The position numbers and the translations under genes were made by a program. The notes below the pieces were generated by a model. That model was not told where the DNA came from. It did not search any database and saw nothing but the letters and a program-made list of their open reading frames with translations. From assembly GCA_002269645.1 (NCBI GenBank), contig NIVC01000572.1, forward strand, positions 482,925 to 533,220: a stretch of DNA of 50,296 nt. Direction: 5' to 3'. Shown piece by piece: positions 10,773 through 23,592 of the stretch. Position 1 is the stretch's first letter. Every line of letters starts with the position of its first letter. Origin of the DNA: Macrostomum lignano (Eukaryota).

Positions 10773-12017
10773 ATGGCATCTGAAGACAATTACTATGCCA
10801 TCCTTGAGATCAACCCAGACGCTTCTGAGGCTGAGGTGCGCAAAGCCTACAGGCAAATGGCACTTCGCTGGCACCCAGACAAGAATCAGACAAATCCTGA
10901 TGAGGCTGAACGCCGGTTCAAACTCATCAGCGAGGCCTACGAGGTATTGAAAATTCACGTTGATATATGTATGTTTTGCTATTATAATTAATCATCGCTT
11001 GACTCTACTGCTCTCAGTAGAAAAATTAGCACACGATAGAATTTTTATCAGAATACGTTATATTACTAATAATAGTTGCTTGACTCTACTTTTGTCAGTA
11101 GAAAAATTAGCACACTACAGTTATTTTTTAAGAAATAAGAAATAATCCGACCAAATATCTGCCAGGTTCTGTCCGACCCGGAGAAGCGGCGAATCTACGA
11201 TTTCTACGGCAAGGAAGGCCTCGCTGAGGCGGCGGCGGCTGAAGAGGGTGAAACCAGGGCAGACGATTTCTTCCGCCGTCAGCAACAGCAGCAGCAGCAG
11301 CGCCAGCAGCAGCGACAGCAACGCAGCTATCAGCCGCGCCACGACAGAGATTGGTACGACCAGCATCAGTATCATTTCCGCGATCCACGCGACGTATTTC
11401 GCGACTTTTTTGGGCCGAGCGACCCGTTCTCGCGCATTTTCAACCCGGACCCGTTCAAGGTAAGAACAGCAACAATGTGATACGTGATATCGGATTAGTC
11501 GTAAGAATACTGCACAAATCCTCATTTTTCTACTTAGAAACTCTATATAAGTAGAGTGTTGCAGATATTCTTCATATTTTTTAATTGGCATTGTCGGTTA
11601 AATTTCCAACCAACCCATCAGACGCTAGAGGAGTCGATGCGCGACATCGGCGACCGGCACCGCGCCAGCAACAACATCGGAGGGCCCGGCAGCAACTTCT
11701 TTAACTTCGCCAACTTCAACCAGCACACCGGCGCCGGCTTTGCCTCGTCGTCCAATACGGCCGGCGCAGGCCGGTCGTCTAGAAACGCAGCCAGCAGCGG
11801 CCGAGGCGGCAGTCAGCGGTTCGCGCCGCTGCACTCCACCCGGGTGACGCAGACCTTCACAAACACGCGCGATGGCAGGCGGGTGGTGGTGCACAAGGTG
11901 GTGGAGAACGGGGTGGAGACGGTCACTGAGACTGTGGACGGCCGGGTGACGAAGAAAACAGTGGACGGCCGTCTTGTCGCTGGCGGTGACCAGCAGCCGA
12001 GCATCCGGGTCAAGTGA
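10773..12017 (+). CDS. DNAJB6: DnaJ class B co-chaperone, DNAJB6/B2/B8-like, about 286 aa
   Basis: Exons 10773-10943, 11166-11459 and 11622-12017, all GT-AG phase 0. J domain with [22 protein letters not shown] region, and a C-terminal STRVTQ...[16 protein letters not shown] segment typical of DNAJB6. Confidence 0.9.
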
Positions 12018-12201
12018 CCTCCCACTGGGAGTTCAGAGTTGAATCGGGCCTGATCAGTTTTTCCTTGAACTCGACAAAGCGGCACTGCGGTATTAAAATC
12101 ATAATTTCGAGCGTACTGCTCCTTAACCACTGAGAATTGCCCATAACCCCAAAAATCGTCTTTAAGATACCGATAATCGCCCATACCACAGATACTAAAA
12201 T

Positions 12202-12644
12202 AACTAGATGGGCAACTCGGGCATATATACTTAGTAAAACAGCTTTCTACTTTCAGTGCAGTAGCAAAGAAGAATACATAAGCTATTTTATAAAAATAAA
12301 GGCAGCTGAAATGACGTTGATAAGTTTAGAAGCCCAAAGCTTACAGGCGTAAACAACTTGCTAATTGGTCCAGCCATAATGTACATTTAGCCAGTCCACT
12401 GAAATGTACATGGCAGCTTTAGGCTGGAATTCCGAGAAAGGCAATAAAAATTGGGGCGGGGCGGGTGTAGTGTGGAAAGGCGCGTTTGGAGGGTGTTTTA
12501 AGCTGGAGAGGGGGCGGTTAGATCCAATAAATGACCCTTGGCTTTAAAAATGCTTCTGTTTTAGCTTCTGTTGCTAAAAAAGTTTAACTTACTACTGAAC
12601 TGAAAGTAGCTTACACGCATATGTGCTGAGTGACCCATCTAATT
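12202..12644. mobile_element. MITE-like element with about 60-bp imperfect TIRs (AACTAGATGGG...CTACTTTCAGT)
   Basis: Ends are mutual reverse complements. Related copies lie at 34445-34631 and about 39485-39530. Confidence 0.65.
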
Positions 12645-12654
12645 ATTCTAGTAC

Positions 12655-14770
12655 TTGCGCCTATAACGCACTGAGAATCGCCCATAACACACTGAACATC
12701 GCCATAACACACTGAGAATCGTTCATAACAGATAATCGCCCATAGGCCATAACACACTGAGAATCGTTCATAACACACAGATATAATCGCCCATAGGCCA
12801 TAGCACACTGAGAATCGTTCATAACACACAGATAATCGCCCATAGGCCATAGCACACTGAGAATCGTTCATAACACACAGATAATCGCCCATAGGCCATA
12901 GCACACTGAGAATCGTTCATAACACACAGATAATCGCCCATAGGCCTTACACACTGAGAATCGTTCATAACACACAGATAATCGCCCATAGGCCATAGCA
13001 CACTGAGAATCGTTCATAACACACAGATAATCGCCCATAGGCCATAGCACACTGAGAATCGTTCATAACACACAGATAATCGCCCATAGGCCATAACACA
13101 CTGAGAATCGTTCATAACACACAGATAATCGCCCATAGGCCATAGCACACTGAGAATCGTTCATAACACACAGATAATCGCCCATAGGCCATAACACACT
13201 GAGAATCGTTCATAACACACAGATAATCGCCCATAGGCCATAGCACACTGAGAATCGTTCATAACACACAGATAATCGCCCATAGGCCATAGCACACTGA
13301 GAATCGTTCATAACACACAGATGATCGCCCATAGGCCATAACACACTGAGAATCGTTCATAACACACAGATAATCGCCCATAGGCCATAGCACACTGAGA
13401 ATCGTTCATAACACACAGATAATCGCCCATAGGCCATAACACACTGAGAATCGTTCATAACACACAGATAATCGCCCATAGGCCATAACACACTGAGAAT
13501 CGTTCATAACACACAGATAATCGCCCATAGGCCATAGCACACTGAGAATCGTTCATAACACACAGATAATCGCCCATAGGCCATAGCACACTGAGAATCG
13601 TTCATAACACACAGATAATCGCCCATAGGCCATAACACACTGAGAATCGTTCATAACACACAGATAATCGCCCATAGACCATAACACACTGAGAATCGTT
13701 CATAACACACAGATAATCGCCCATAGGCCATAGCACACTGAGAATCGTTCATAACACACAGATAATCGCCCATAGGCCATAACACACTGAGAATCGTTCA
13801 TAACACACAGATAATCGCCCATAGGCCATAGCACACTGAGAATCGTTCATAACACACAGATAATCGCCCATAGGCCATAACACACTGAGAATCGTTCATA
13901 ACACACAGATAATCGCCCATAGGCCATAACACACTGAGAATCGTTCATAACACAGATAATCGCCCATAGGCCATAACACACTGAGAATCGTTCATAACAC
14001 AGATAATCGCCTATAGGCCATAACACACTGAGAATCGTCCATAACACACTGAGAATCGTCCATAACACACAGATAATCGCCCATAGGCCATAACACACTG
14101 AGAATCGTTCATAACACACAGATAATCGCCCATAGGCCATAGCACACTGAGAATCGTTCATAACACACAGATAATCGCCCATAGGCCATAACACACTGAG
14201 AATCGTTCATAACACACAGATAATCGCCCATAGGCCATAACACACTGAGAATCGTTCATAACACACAGATAATCGCCCATAGGCCATAACACACTGAGAA
14301 TCGTTCATAACACAGATAATCGCCCATAACACACATATATAATCGCCCATAGGCCATAGCACACTGAGAATCGTTCATAACACACAGATAATCGCCCATA
14401 GGCCATAACACACTGAGAATCGTTCATAACAGATAATCGCCCATAGGCCATAACACACTGAGAATCGTTCATAACACACAGATAATCGCCCATAGGCCAT
14501 AACACACTGAGAATCGTTCATAACACACAGATAATCGCCCATAGGCCATAACACACTGAGAATCGTTCATAACACAGATAATCGCCCATAGGCCATAACA
14601 CACTGAGAATCGTTCATAACACAGATAATCGCCTATAGGCCATAACACACGGAGAATCGTTCATAACACAGATAATCGCCCATAGGCCATAACACACTGA
14701 GAATCGTTCATAACACAGATAATCGCCTATAGGCCATAACACACGGAGAATCGTCCATAACACACAGATA
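12655..14770. repeat. Minisatellite, 49-bp unit (ATAACACACAGATAATCGCCCATAGGCCATAGCACACTGAGAATCGTTC)
   Basis: About 42 copies; the unit is a dimer of related 22- and 27-bp subunits. Confidence 0.97.
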
Positions 14771-15244
14771 ATGACAATTTTGACGACCCCGAGAATTGAT
14801 TATCCATTAATTCGATTTGCGGAAGCCAAAATTTCAATTTTTTTCCAGTGCTAATTTTCAGTTAAAAATATTTGTAATAATTATTTGTGCAGTTGCTACC
14901 GTGCTCCATAAATGCAGATATCAAAACGATTTGATTTTTTTCCTGTAAAGTGTTTTTTTCTAATGCTATTTAGTATTCACCCATCATTTAAAATGACGAC
15001 CCTGTGATGGAGCCGCAGGCTTTGATCAAGTATTATCTAGAACATTTCATTTCCTAGCTTTTCATTCCAGTTACAAGTTAAATCAGCTTGTCACCCATTA
15101 AATATAATATATTTGAAATCTGTATCCAAGATACCTGCATTAAACCGGAAAATATTTTATTTAATTCAATAGTAGCTTGCAAACTATCTTTGCTGATTTT
15201 CAGTACATGTACACTGCCCTAACAACTGCCAAGGCTACTCAGAA

Positions 15245-16685
15245 CCTGGAGTGCCAAGGGATCAATTCAGCATCTGGAGTGCCAAGGCAATTTAGAATCT
15301 GGGAATTCAGCACCACTTGGAGTACCAAGGCAATTCAGCACCTGGAGTGCCAAGGGAATTCAGCACTTGGAGTGCCAAGGGATTCAGCACCACTTGGAGT
15401 ACTAAGGCAATTCAGCACCTGGAGTGCCAAGGGAATTCAGCACTTGGAGTGCCAAGGCAATTCAGCACCTGGAGTGCCAAGGGTATTCAGCACCTGGAGT
15501 ACCAAGGCAATTCAGCATCTGGAGTGCCAAGGAAATTTAGAATCTGGAGTGCCAAGGCAACTCAGCATCTGGAGTGCCAAGGAAATTTAGAATCTGGAGT
15601 GCCAAGGCAATTCAGCATCTGGAGTGCCAAGGAAATTTAGAATCTGGAGTGCCAAGGCAATTCAGCATCTGGAGTGCCAAGGAAATTTAGAATCTGGAGT
15701 GCCAAGGCAACTCAGCATCTGGAGTGCCAAGGAAATTTAGAATCTGGAGTGCCAAGGCAATTCAGCATCTGGAGTGCCAAGGAAATTTAGAATCTGGAGT
15801 GCCAAGGCAATTCAGCATCTGGAGTGCCAAGGAAATTTAGAATCTGGAGTGCCAGGGCAATTTAGCATCTGGAGTGCCAAGGCAATTCAGCATCTGGAGT
15901 GCCAAGGAAATTTAGCATCTGGAGTGCCAAGGCAATTCAGCATCTGGAGTGCCAAGGAAATTTAGAATCTGGAGTGCCAAGGCAATTCAGCATCTGGAGT
16001 GCCAAGGAAATTTAGAATCTGGAGTGCCAGGGCAATTTAGCATCTGGAGTGCCAAGGCAATTCAGCATCTGGAGTGCCAAGGAAATTTAGAATCTGGAGT
16101 GCCAAGGCAATTCAGCATCTGGAGTGCCAAGGAAATTTAGAATCTGGAGTGCCAGGGCAATTTAGCATCTGGAGTGCCAAGGCAATTCAGCATCTGGAGT
16201 GCCAAGGAAATTTAGCATCTGGAGTGCCAAGGCAATTCAGCATCTGGAGTGCCAAGGAAATTTAGAATCTGGAGTGCCAAGGCAATTCAGCATCTGGAGT
16301 GCCAAGGAAATTTAGAATCTGGAGTGCCAGGGCAATTTAGCATCTGGAGTGCCAAGGCAATTCAGCATCTGGAGTGCCAAGGAAATTTAGCATCTGGAGT
16401 GCCAAGGCAATTCAGCATCTGGAGTGCCAAGGAAATTTAGAATCTGGAGTGCCAAGGCAATTCAGCATCTGGAGTGCCAAGGCAATTTAGCATCTGGAGT
16501 GCCAAGGCAATTCAGCATCTGGAGTGCCAAGGCAATTTAGAATCTGGAGTGCCAAGGGAATTCAGCATCTGGAGTGCCAAGGCAATTTAGAATCTGGAGT
16601 GCCAAGGCAATTCAGCATCTGGAGTGCCAAGGCAATTTAGAATCTGGAGTGCCAAGGGAATTCAACACCACTTGGAGTGCCAAGT
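15245..16685. repeat. Minisatellite, 25-bp unit (GGAGTGCCAAGGCAATTCAGCATCT) with higher-order structure
   Basis: About 55 copies with alternating variants. Confidence 0.97.
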
Positions 16686-17319
16686 GGTATCTGGGCTAGA
16701 CTTGTATCTGCAACAATTGAGCAAACAATCCGAAAAAAGTAAAGGCGTGCTCAAGAAACCAGCCGGACTCCTGGCAGGCGTTCAATAAACAACAATATCA
16801 GGCTCAAGAAGTCCGTCACTCAGTTATACAATAATAACAACTGCAATGGACAAGGCTACACAGGACTCGTATATTCAAGCAGCTATGAGACAATAGCGTG
16901 ATTATTGCAACAATAAGCATTTCAATGTCAAGCAGCAGCATTAGAATAGGTGGTAAAGAAAACAAAGACAAAAGTTCATATCAACTCAAAATAACAAAAA
17001 AGGAACGGAGGAAAAGCAAAACAAGATTTAGAATAGAAGTGTAAAGAGAATAACAGTTCCATTGAAGTATTGCTTTGCAGTCAGCAATAAACCTGTCAAA
17101 AATGATGCAATCAGTTAAATTGAAACGGCGGTCTTTATTGCTCGAAGGTTCAATGAATCGTAAACCAAATAGTTTATTTACATAACAATTAAGAAGACAT
17201 TGGAACTGGCCTTGCCAGCGTTAAATAACAGAAATACGAGTTAATGAGGACTTGCTGCAGTCTGCACTTTATTGTCAGAAACTGCAGGATTTACGAAGCA
17301 CTTTTAAAACCACCCCATA

Positions 17320-17680
17320 CCTGCAGGGATAGATTAGCAATCCATTCTTTTCAATACCTGCAGGGATAGATTAGCAATCCATTCTTTTCAATACCTGCAG
17401 AAATAGATTAGCAATCCATTCTTTTCAATACCCGCAGGGATAGATTAGCAATCCATTCTTTTCAATACCTGCAGGGATAGATTAGCAATCCATTCTTTTC
17501 AATACCTGCAGGGATAGATTAGCAATCCATTCTTTTCAATACCTGCAGGGATAGATTAGCAATCCATTCTTTTCAATACCTGCAGGGATAGATTAGCAAT
17601 CCATTCTATTCCCTAACTGCAGGGATAGATTAGCAATCCATTCTATTCCCTAACTGCAGGGATAGATTAGCAATTCATTG
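17320..17680. repeat. Minisatellite, 37-bp unit (ACCTGCAGGGATAGATTAGCAATCCATTCTTTTCAAT)
   Basis: About 10 copies, probably within the 3' UTR region of the RRM gene. Confidence 0.95.
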
Positions 17681-17865
17681 CAGCACTTAACAAAATGCTA
17701 CAATAAAAGTTGACTTGCACAGTTCAAATAAAACAATGTAACGCAACAAGATGTTAATCTTGAATAAGCAAGCAAAACAAACAGTTGGAGAGTGATTAGA
17801 ATTAAGATGCGAGCGAGAACGTCTTCCCCCTCCCCCCCCAATCAAAGGAATCAAAGCTGAATGAG

Positions 17866-18001
17866 TTAATAATTGCCATTTCCGCTAGCTGTGTACCAAG
17901 CCGGGTAAGACTGCTGCTGGAGCTGCTGCTGGTGCACGTAGCCACCGGGGCCGCCGCCCCCGCGCGGCCTTGCATGGGGCCGGTGGAACTGCTGCTGGTT
18001 G

Positions 18002-18036
<35 letters not shown>

Positions 18037-19323
18037 ATGCGGCTGGCGAGGCAAGTAGAAATTGCGGCCACCCCGGCTGCCGCTGAACGGAGGCCGGACC
18101 TTCTTTTCGTTCTCGTCGGCGAAGCGGATCTGCGCGGCAACGGGAGAACGCCGAAAGCATATATACAGTATAATATATATGTACATGGTAAATTTCAGAT
18201 CTCACATTCTAATCGTTAATCCTTTTAAATGCCTATGCCAGATTCCACACCCATTTCAAATATCCCATATTTCATTCAGATCCCACATCCCAATGTAAAA
18301 TCCCATATCCCAATGTCAGATCCCAAATCATAATTTCAGATCCCAAATCCCAATTTCCGATCCCAAATCCCAATTTCCGATCCCACATCCCAATTTCAGA
18401 TCCCAAATCCCAATTTCAGATCCCACATCCCAATTTCAGATCCCAAATCCCAATTTCAGATTCTAAATCCCAATTTCAGATCCCACATCCCAATTTCAGA
18501 TCCCAAATCCCAATTTCAGATCCCACATCCCAATTTCAGATCCCAAATCCCAATTTCAGATTCTAAATCCCAATTTCAGATCCCACATCCCAATTTCAGA
18601 TCCCAAATCCCAATTTCAGATCCTAAATCCCAATTTCAGATCCCACATCCCAATTACAGATCCCGAATCCCAATGTCAGATCCCACATCCCAGTGTCAGA
18701 TCCCACCACATCCCAGTGTCAGATCCCACATCCGTGTCAGACCACACATTCCAAGTTCAGATCCCACATCCCAATGTCACCTGCACAAGCTGCTGTTCCG
18801 AGTTGGCAGCCGAGTCGCCAGATGCAGCAGGCCAGGGCCTGTTGTGCAGGGCATCCAGAGCGGCCTGGGCCGAGCTGTGAGTTTCGAACAAGCAGAAGCC
18901 GAGCAGACCGCGCGGAGCCACCGCCGGCTGCTGCTGCTGCCCCTGCAACAAGCGGCAGTTAATAATCGGACCGAATCTTCCCAGCACCTGTTGCAGAGCC
19001 TCCTCTGTGATGCCGAACGGCAGGCAGGAGATGTGCAGCTTGCAGTTTCTGGTCTCCTCGCTGCGCAGGCGGGCGAAGGCCACTTTAATAGTTTTCCTGC
19101 CCAGCTGGTGGCCGTTCAGGTTGTCTATGGCCCGGGCCGCGGCCTCGTGCGAGTTGTAGTCGCAGAAGCCGTAGCCGTAGCTGTAGCCTGTGGCGTTGTT
19201 GCGGCAGATCTTCACCGACTTCACGCCCGGAGCCAGAGAGTCGAACAGCTTATGGAGCTCGTCGTCTCTAAGCTCCTGCGGCAGGTAGTTCACGATTAGG
19301 TTCGTGTCGGAGTACTGGGCCAT
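17866..19323 (-). CDS. Sex-lethal/ELAV-family RNA-binding protein: two RRMs plus a Gln-rich tail, about 268 aa
   Basis: Exon 19323-18781 contains TNLIVNYLPQ...TGYSYGYGFCDY...IKVAFAR...KLHISCLP and ends at CAG|GTGACA. Exon 18129-17866 starts IRFADENEKK, carries polyQ and ends at the stop. The phase-0 join gives LVQ-IRFADE, completing RRM2. An upstream in-frame ATG at 19386 is possible. Confidence 0.88.
18300..18776. repeat. Intronic minisatellite, 20-bp unit (AGATCCCAAATCCCAATTTC)
   Basis: About 22 copies inside the RRM gene intron. Confidence 0.95.
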
Positions 19324-19489
19324 GCCTCTGATTGGCTGCGTAGTCAACAGTGAGTGAGCCTTTAGCAGCGAGGATGGCGACAGCATGAAATGTTGGATAG
19401 AATAGAGCAGCTTGCTTACTAGTGTGATTTGATTACCTGTGGCATCTCAGTTTTGGGATCAGTGTTCAAGATTACAGAAGAGACTATGG

Positions 19490-20795
19490 GATTACGGTTT
19501 GGGATTAGGGATCAATGATTACGGTTTTGGAATCTATGATTACGATTTGGGATCTATGATTACGGTTTGGGATCTATGATTACGATTTGGGATCTATGAT
19601 TACGGTTTTGGGATCTATGATTACGGTTTTGGAATCTATGATTACGGTTTGGGATCTATGATTATGGTTTTGGGATCTATGATTACGGTTTTGGGATCTA
19701 TGATTACGGTTTGGAATTTATGATTACGGTTTTGGGATCTATGATTACGGTTTGGGATCTATGATTATGGTTTTGGGATCTATGATTACGATTTGGGATC
19801 TATGATTACGGTTTTGGGATCTATGATTACGGTTTGGGATCTATGATTACGATTTGGGATCTATGATTACGGTTTTGGGATCTATGATTACGGTTTTGGA
19901 ATCTATGATTACGGTTTGGGATCTATGATTATGGTTTTGGGATCTATGATTACGGTTTGGGATCTATGATTACGGTTTGGAATTTATGATTACGGTTTTG
20001 GAATCTATGATTACGGTTTGGGATCTATGATTATGGTTTTGGGATCTATGATTACGATTTGGGATCTATGATTACGGTTTTGGGATCTATGATTACGGTT
20101 TTGGAATCTATGATTACGGTTTGGGATCTATGATTATGGTTTTGGGATCTATGATTACGGTTTTGGGATCTATGATTACGGTTTGGAATTTATGATTACG
20201 GTTTTGGGATCTATGATTACGGTTTGGGATCTATGATTATGGTTTTGGGATCTATGATTACGATTTGGGATCTATGATTACGGTTTTGGGATCTATGATT
20301 ACGGTTTGGGATCTATGATTACGATTTGGGATCTATGATTACGGTTTTGGGATCTATGATTACGGTTTTGGAATCTATGATTACGGTTTGGGATCTATGA
20401 TTATGGTTTTGGGATCTATGATTACGGTTTTGGGATCTATGATTACGGTTTGGAATTTATGATTACGGTTTTGGGATCTATGATTACGGTTTGGGATCTA
20501 TGATTATGGTTTTGGGATCTATGATTACGGTTTTGGGATCTATGATTACGGTTTGGGATCTATGATTACGATTTGGAATCTATGATTATGGTTTTGGGAT
20601 CTGGGATTACGATTTGGGATTATGGTTTTGGAATCAGGGATTATGGTTTTGGGATCTGGGATTACAGTGTTGAGATTTTATATTACGGTTTTAGGATCTA
20701 AGATTGCGGCTTTGGGATCTGGGATTACAGTTTTGGGATCTGTGATTACGGTTTAGGGGTCTGGGATTACGGTTTTGGGGATTAAGATTGCGGTT
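19490..20795. repeat. Minisatellite, 20/21-bp unit (GGGATCTATGATTACGGTTT(T))
   Basis: About 60 copies between ORC2 and the RRM gene. Confidence 0.96.
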
Positions 20796-21247
20796 TTGGT
20801 ACATTGGATTATTTTGGGGATTTTTGGTCCAGAACCCGAAGATACTAACCTAGATCAGCCTCTGAGCCTCTTTAAGTGTAAAAAATTAGTAAACACGTAA
20901 AGAAAACGACATGACAGAATGAAAATTTGATAAGTTCAGGCGTAAAAGTAATAACTGCGGCTCGTTTTTGTAATAAAAATGCTTACAACTATTGCACAAT
21001 AGATTAATATTATTACTATTTACGTGATAGCACCAACATGAAAAAAAAACAAATTACGTTAGAAAATAAAAATTCTATGCTCGAGAACATTATTGGGCAG
21101 CAACAATTTTAGCATTAAAAAGCTGCATGAATGGTTAGCAGACTACTCATAGTAGCAGCTGCAAAATATTAAATACAAAGTGATATATAATGCGGCTATG
21201 GGGTCAAACAGGCGACTTCCTAATTTTCAAGGGGCGATTCGAAAGGG

Positions 21248-21500
21248 GCGGATTGGGGCGATTCTCATGGGGGTGGATTGGGGCGATTCTCAAGGGGGCA
21301 GATTGGGGCGATTCTCATAGGGGGCGGATTGGGGCGATTCTCATAGGGGGCGGATTGGGGCGATTCTCATAGGGGGCGGATTGAGGCGATTCTCATAGGG
21401 GGCGGATTGGGGCGATTCTCATAGGGGGCGGATTGGAGCGATTCTCATAGGGGGCGGATTAAGGCGATTCTCATAGGGGCGGATGGGACGATTCTCAAGG
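21248..21500. repeat. Minisatellite, 26-bp unit (GGATTGGGGCGATTCTCATAGGGGGC)
   Basis: About 9 copies just downstream of the ORC2 stop. Confidence 0.93.
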
Positions 21501-21544
21501 GTTTCAGAGGTTCCAGCTGACTCTCAGGGCGCCAGGCCGCAGTG

Positions 21545-23592
21545 TCAGTCGCACTCGTCGCCGAACGCAGCCAGGAACTGCACCAGGGTGTCGGCAGGCA
21601 GCGGCACCAGCGCAGAGTCGCCGGCCTGGCCGCGGCCGTCGAATTTCAGCCTGACGAGGCCGTGGTCGCGGAACTCGCGGAGGTGAGCCTGCAGAGTGAG
21701 CTCGGAGGTGACCAACATGCCGTCCCGGCAGGCCGTGTAAACCTCATCCAGCGGCCAGGGCTCACCGGGCCGCTCCAGCTGCCGCCTGGCCAGCATGACG
21801 AACAGCGACCTGGCGTTCTGCGTCAGCGAGGCCATGAGGTGCCGCAGGCTGGACAGCTGCAGCGCGACCGACACTTCGCCGCCGATGCCAACGGCGCCAG
21901 AACCGGCGCCGGCGGTTGTCGACTCGACGGCCCGGCCGGTGTAGGCGGCGCTGGCAGGCAATTCCTCGATATAGGGGCGCAGCGGCTTGGGCAACTGGCA
22001 CCACAGGCAGGCCATGCTGGTGAGCTGGCCGCGGTCCCACAGCAACTGGCACAGCCGGTGATCCAGACTGGCGATCATTCGGACAGTCGGTGATGAGACC
22101 AGCGCCGTGATGGCCTCCGCGGCTTTGTCCGTGCGCAGCTGCGGCCCGTCAAGGCTGTGGAACTGAGGGCGGCGTATTGGGACTGGACTATGGGGATCTG
22201 AGAGATTTGGGAATCCAGTATGGGGATCTGGGAGATTTGGGAATTCAGTATGGGGATCTGAGAGATTTGGGAAGACAGAATGGGATCTAGGAGATTTGGG
22301 AATGCAGTATGGGGATCTGAGAGGTTTGGGAATTCAGTATGGGGATCTGAGAGATTTGGGAATGCAGTATGGGGATCTGGGAGATTCGGGAATTCAGTAT
22401 GGGGATCTGAGAGATTTGGGAATGCAGTATGGGGATCTGGGAGATTCGGGAATTCAGTATGGGGATCTGAGAGATTTGGGAATGCAGTATGGGGATCTGA
22501 GAGATTTGGGAATGCAGTATGGGGATCTGAGAGATTTGGGAATTCAGTATGGGGATCTGAGAGATTTGGGAATGCAGTATGGGGATCTGGGAGATTCGGG
22601 AATTCAGTATGGGGATCTGAGAGATTTGGGAATGCAGTATGGGGATCTGGGAGATTCGGGAATTCAGTATGGGGATCTGAGAGATTTGGGAATGCAGTAT
22701 GGGGATCTGAGAGATTTGGGAATTCAGTATGGGGATCTGAGAGATTTGGGAATTCAGTATGGGGATCTGAGAGATTTGGGAATGCAGTATGGGGATCTGA
22801 GAGATTTGGGAATTCAGTATGGGGATCTGGGAGATTTGGGAATGCAGTATGGGGATCTGAGAGATTTGGGAATTCAGTATGGGGATCTGGGAGATTTGGG
22901 AATCCAGTATAGGGATCTAGATTAAAGACCCGAGATCATGAGGGGTTGGTAGGTTGGGATTAAGCCTGAGGGTTCAAGTTTGTGAGGTTGACAGAGCTGA
23001 GGTCAACCAGTCTCACCACAATGTACAGAGTGAGGCCGACAGTCTCCAGAGTAGAAGCAATCAGCCTGGCCATGTCAGGCAGCGACTTGGCAGAGCTGGG
23101 CGTCACCTCGCCGATCAGTTCCTCAACAAGCGCCGTCAGGATGGCCTTGGGACCGGCCTCGGGATGGAAGCCGTCAATCTCGGCGCAGAGCTGATCGCCG
23201 AGGCAGGCAGACTTGAACTGGCGCAGCAGGTGCCGCTTGGACCCCAGGCCATACACTAGCAGGCTGAATCCGCCCACGCGAAGGCGGCGCGACCAGTCAG
23301 CAAAGTAGATCCGGGCGCACTCGGCCTCGGCTGCGGTTGGCGAGCTGGCCGCAGCTTCGGTGGCTTCGATGTACTCTTCGGCCAGGCGCAGCGAAGTCTC
23401 CTCGTCCGGCCGGTTGGCCAGGGAGGCGAGCGTGGCTGGGCGGGATCTACTTGCCGATTTATTCTTGTTATTCTTGTACTTTTTATTATTATAATTCGAC
23501 TTTAACCTGGGCGCCGATGCGGCATTGAAATATCGATCAGTTTCTTCGGCAGCTTGGCGAATTGCATCATCTCGGTTGGCTTCTAGGGGCAT
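21545..23592 (-). CDS. ORC2: Origin recognition complex subunit 2, about 397 aa
   Basis: Exons 23592-23017 and 22162-21545 (phase 0, GTGAGA...CTCAG). Motifs GFSLLVYGLGSKR.LL..F, LYIV|FHSLDGP.LR, IASLDH...LLWD and TSELTLQAHLREFRDH.LV match ORC2. Confidence 0.93.
22190..22920. repeat. Intronic minisatellite, 30-bp unit (GAGATTTGGGAATGCAGTATGGGGATCTGA)
   Basis: About 24 copies filling the ORC2 intron. Confidence 0.96.

Noticed and set aside
12655-16685. CRISPR-like arrays
   Set aside because: No unique spacers between repeats, no cas genes, and the context is eukaryotic.
19324-19386. Longer N-terminus from the ATG at 19386 (and similarly 23637 for ORC2)
   Set aside because: These extensions lie upstream of good YAG acceptors and look intron/outron-like. 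Not excluded, but less likely.
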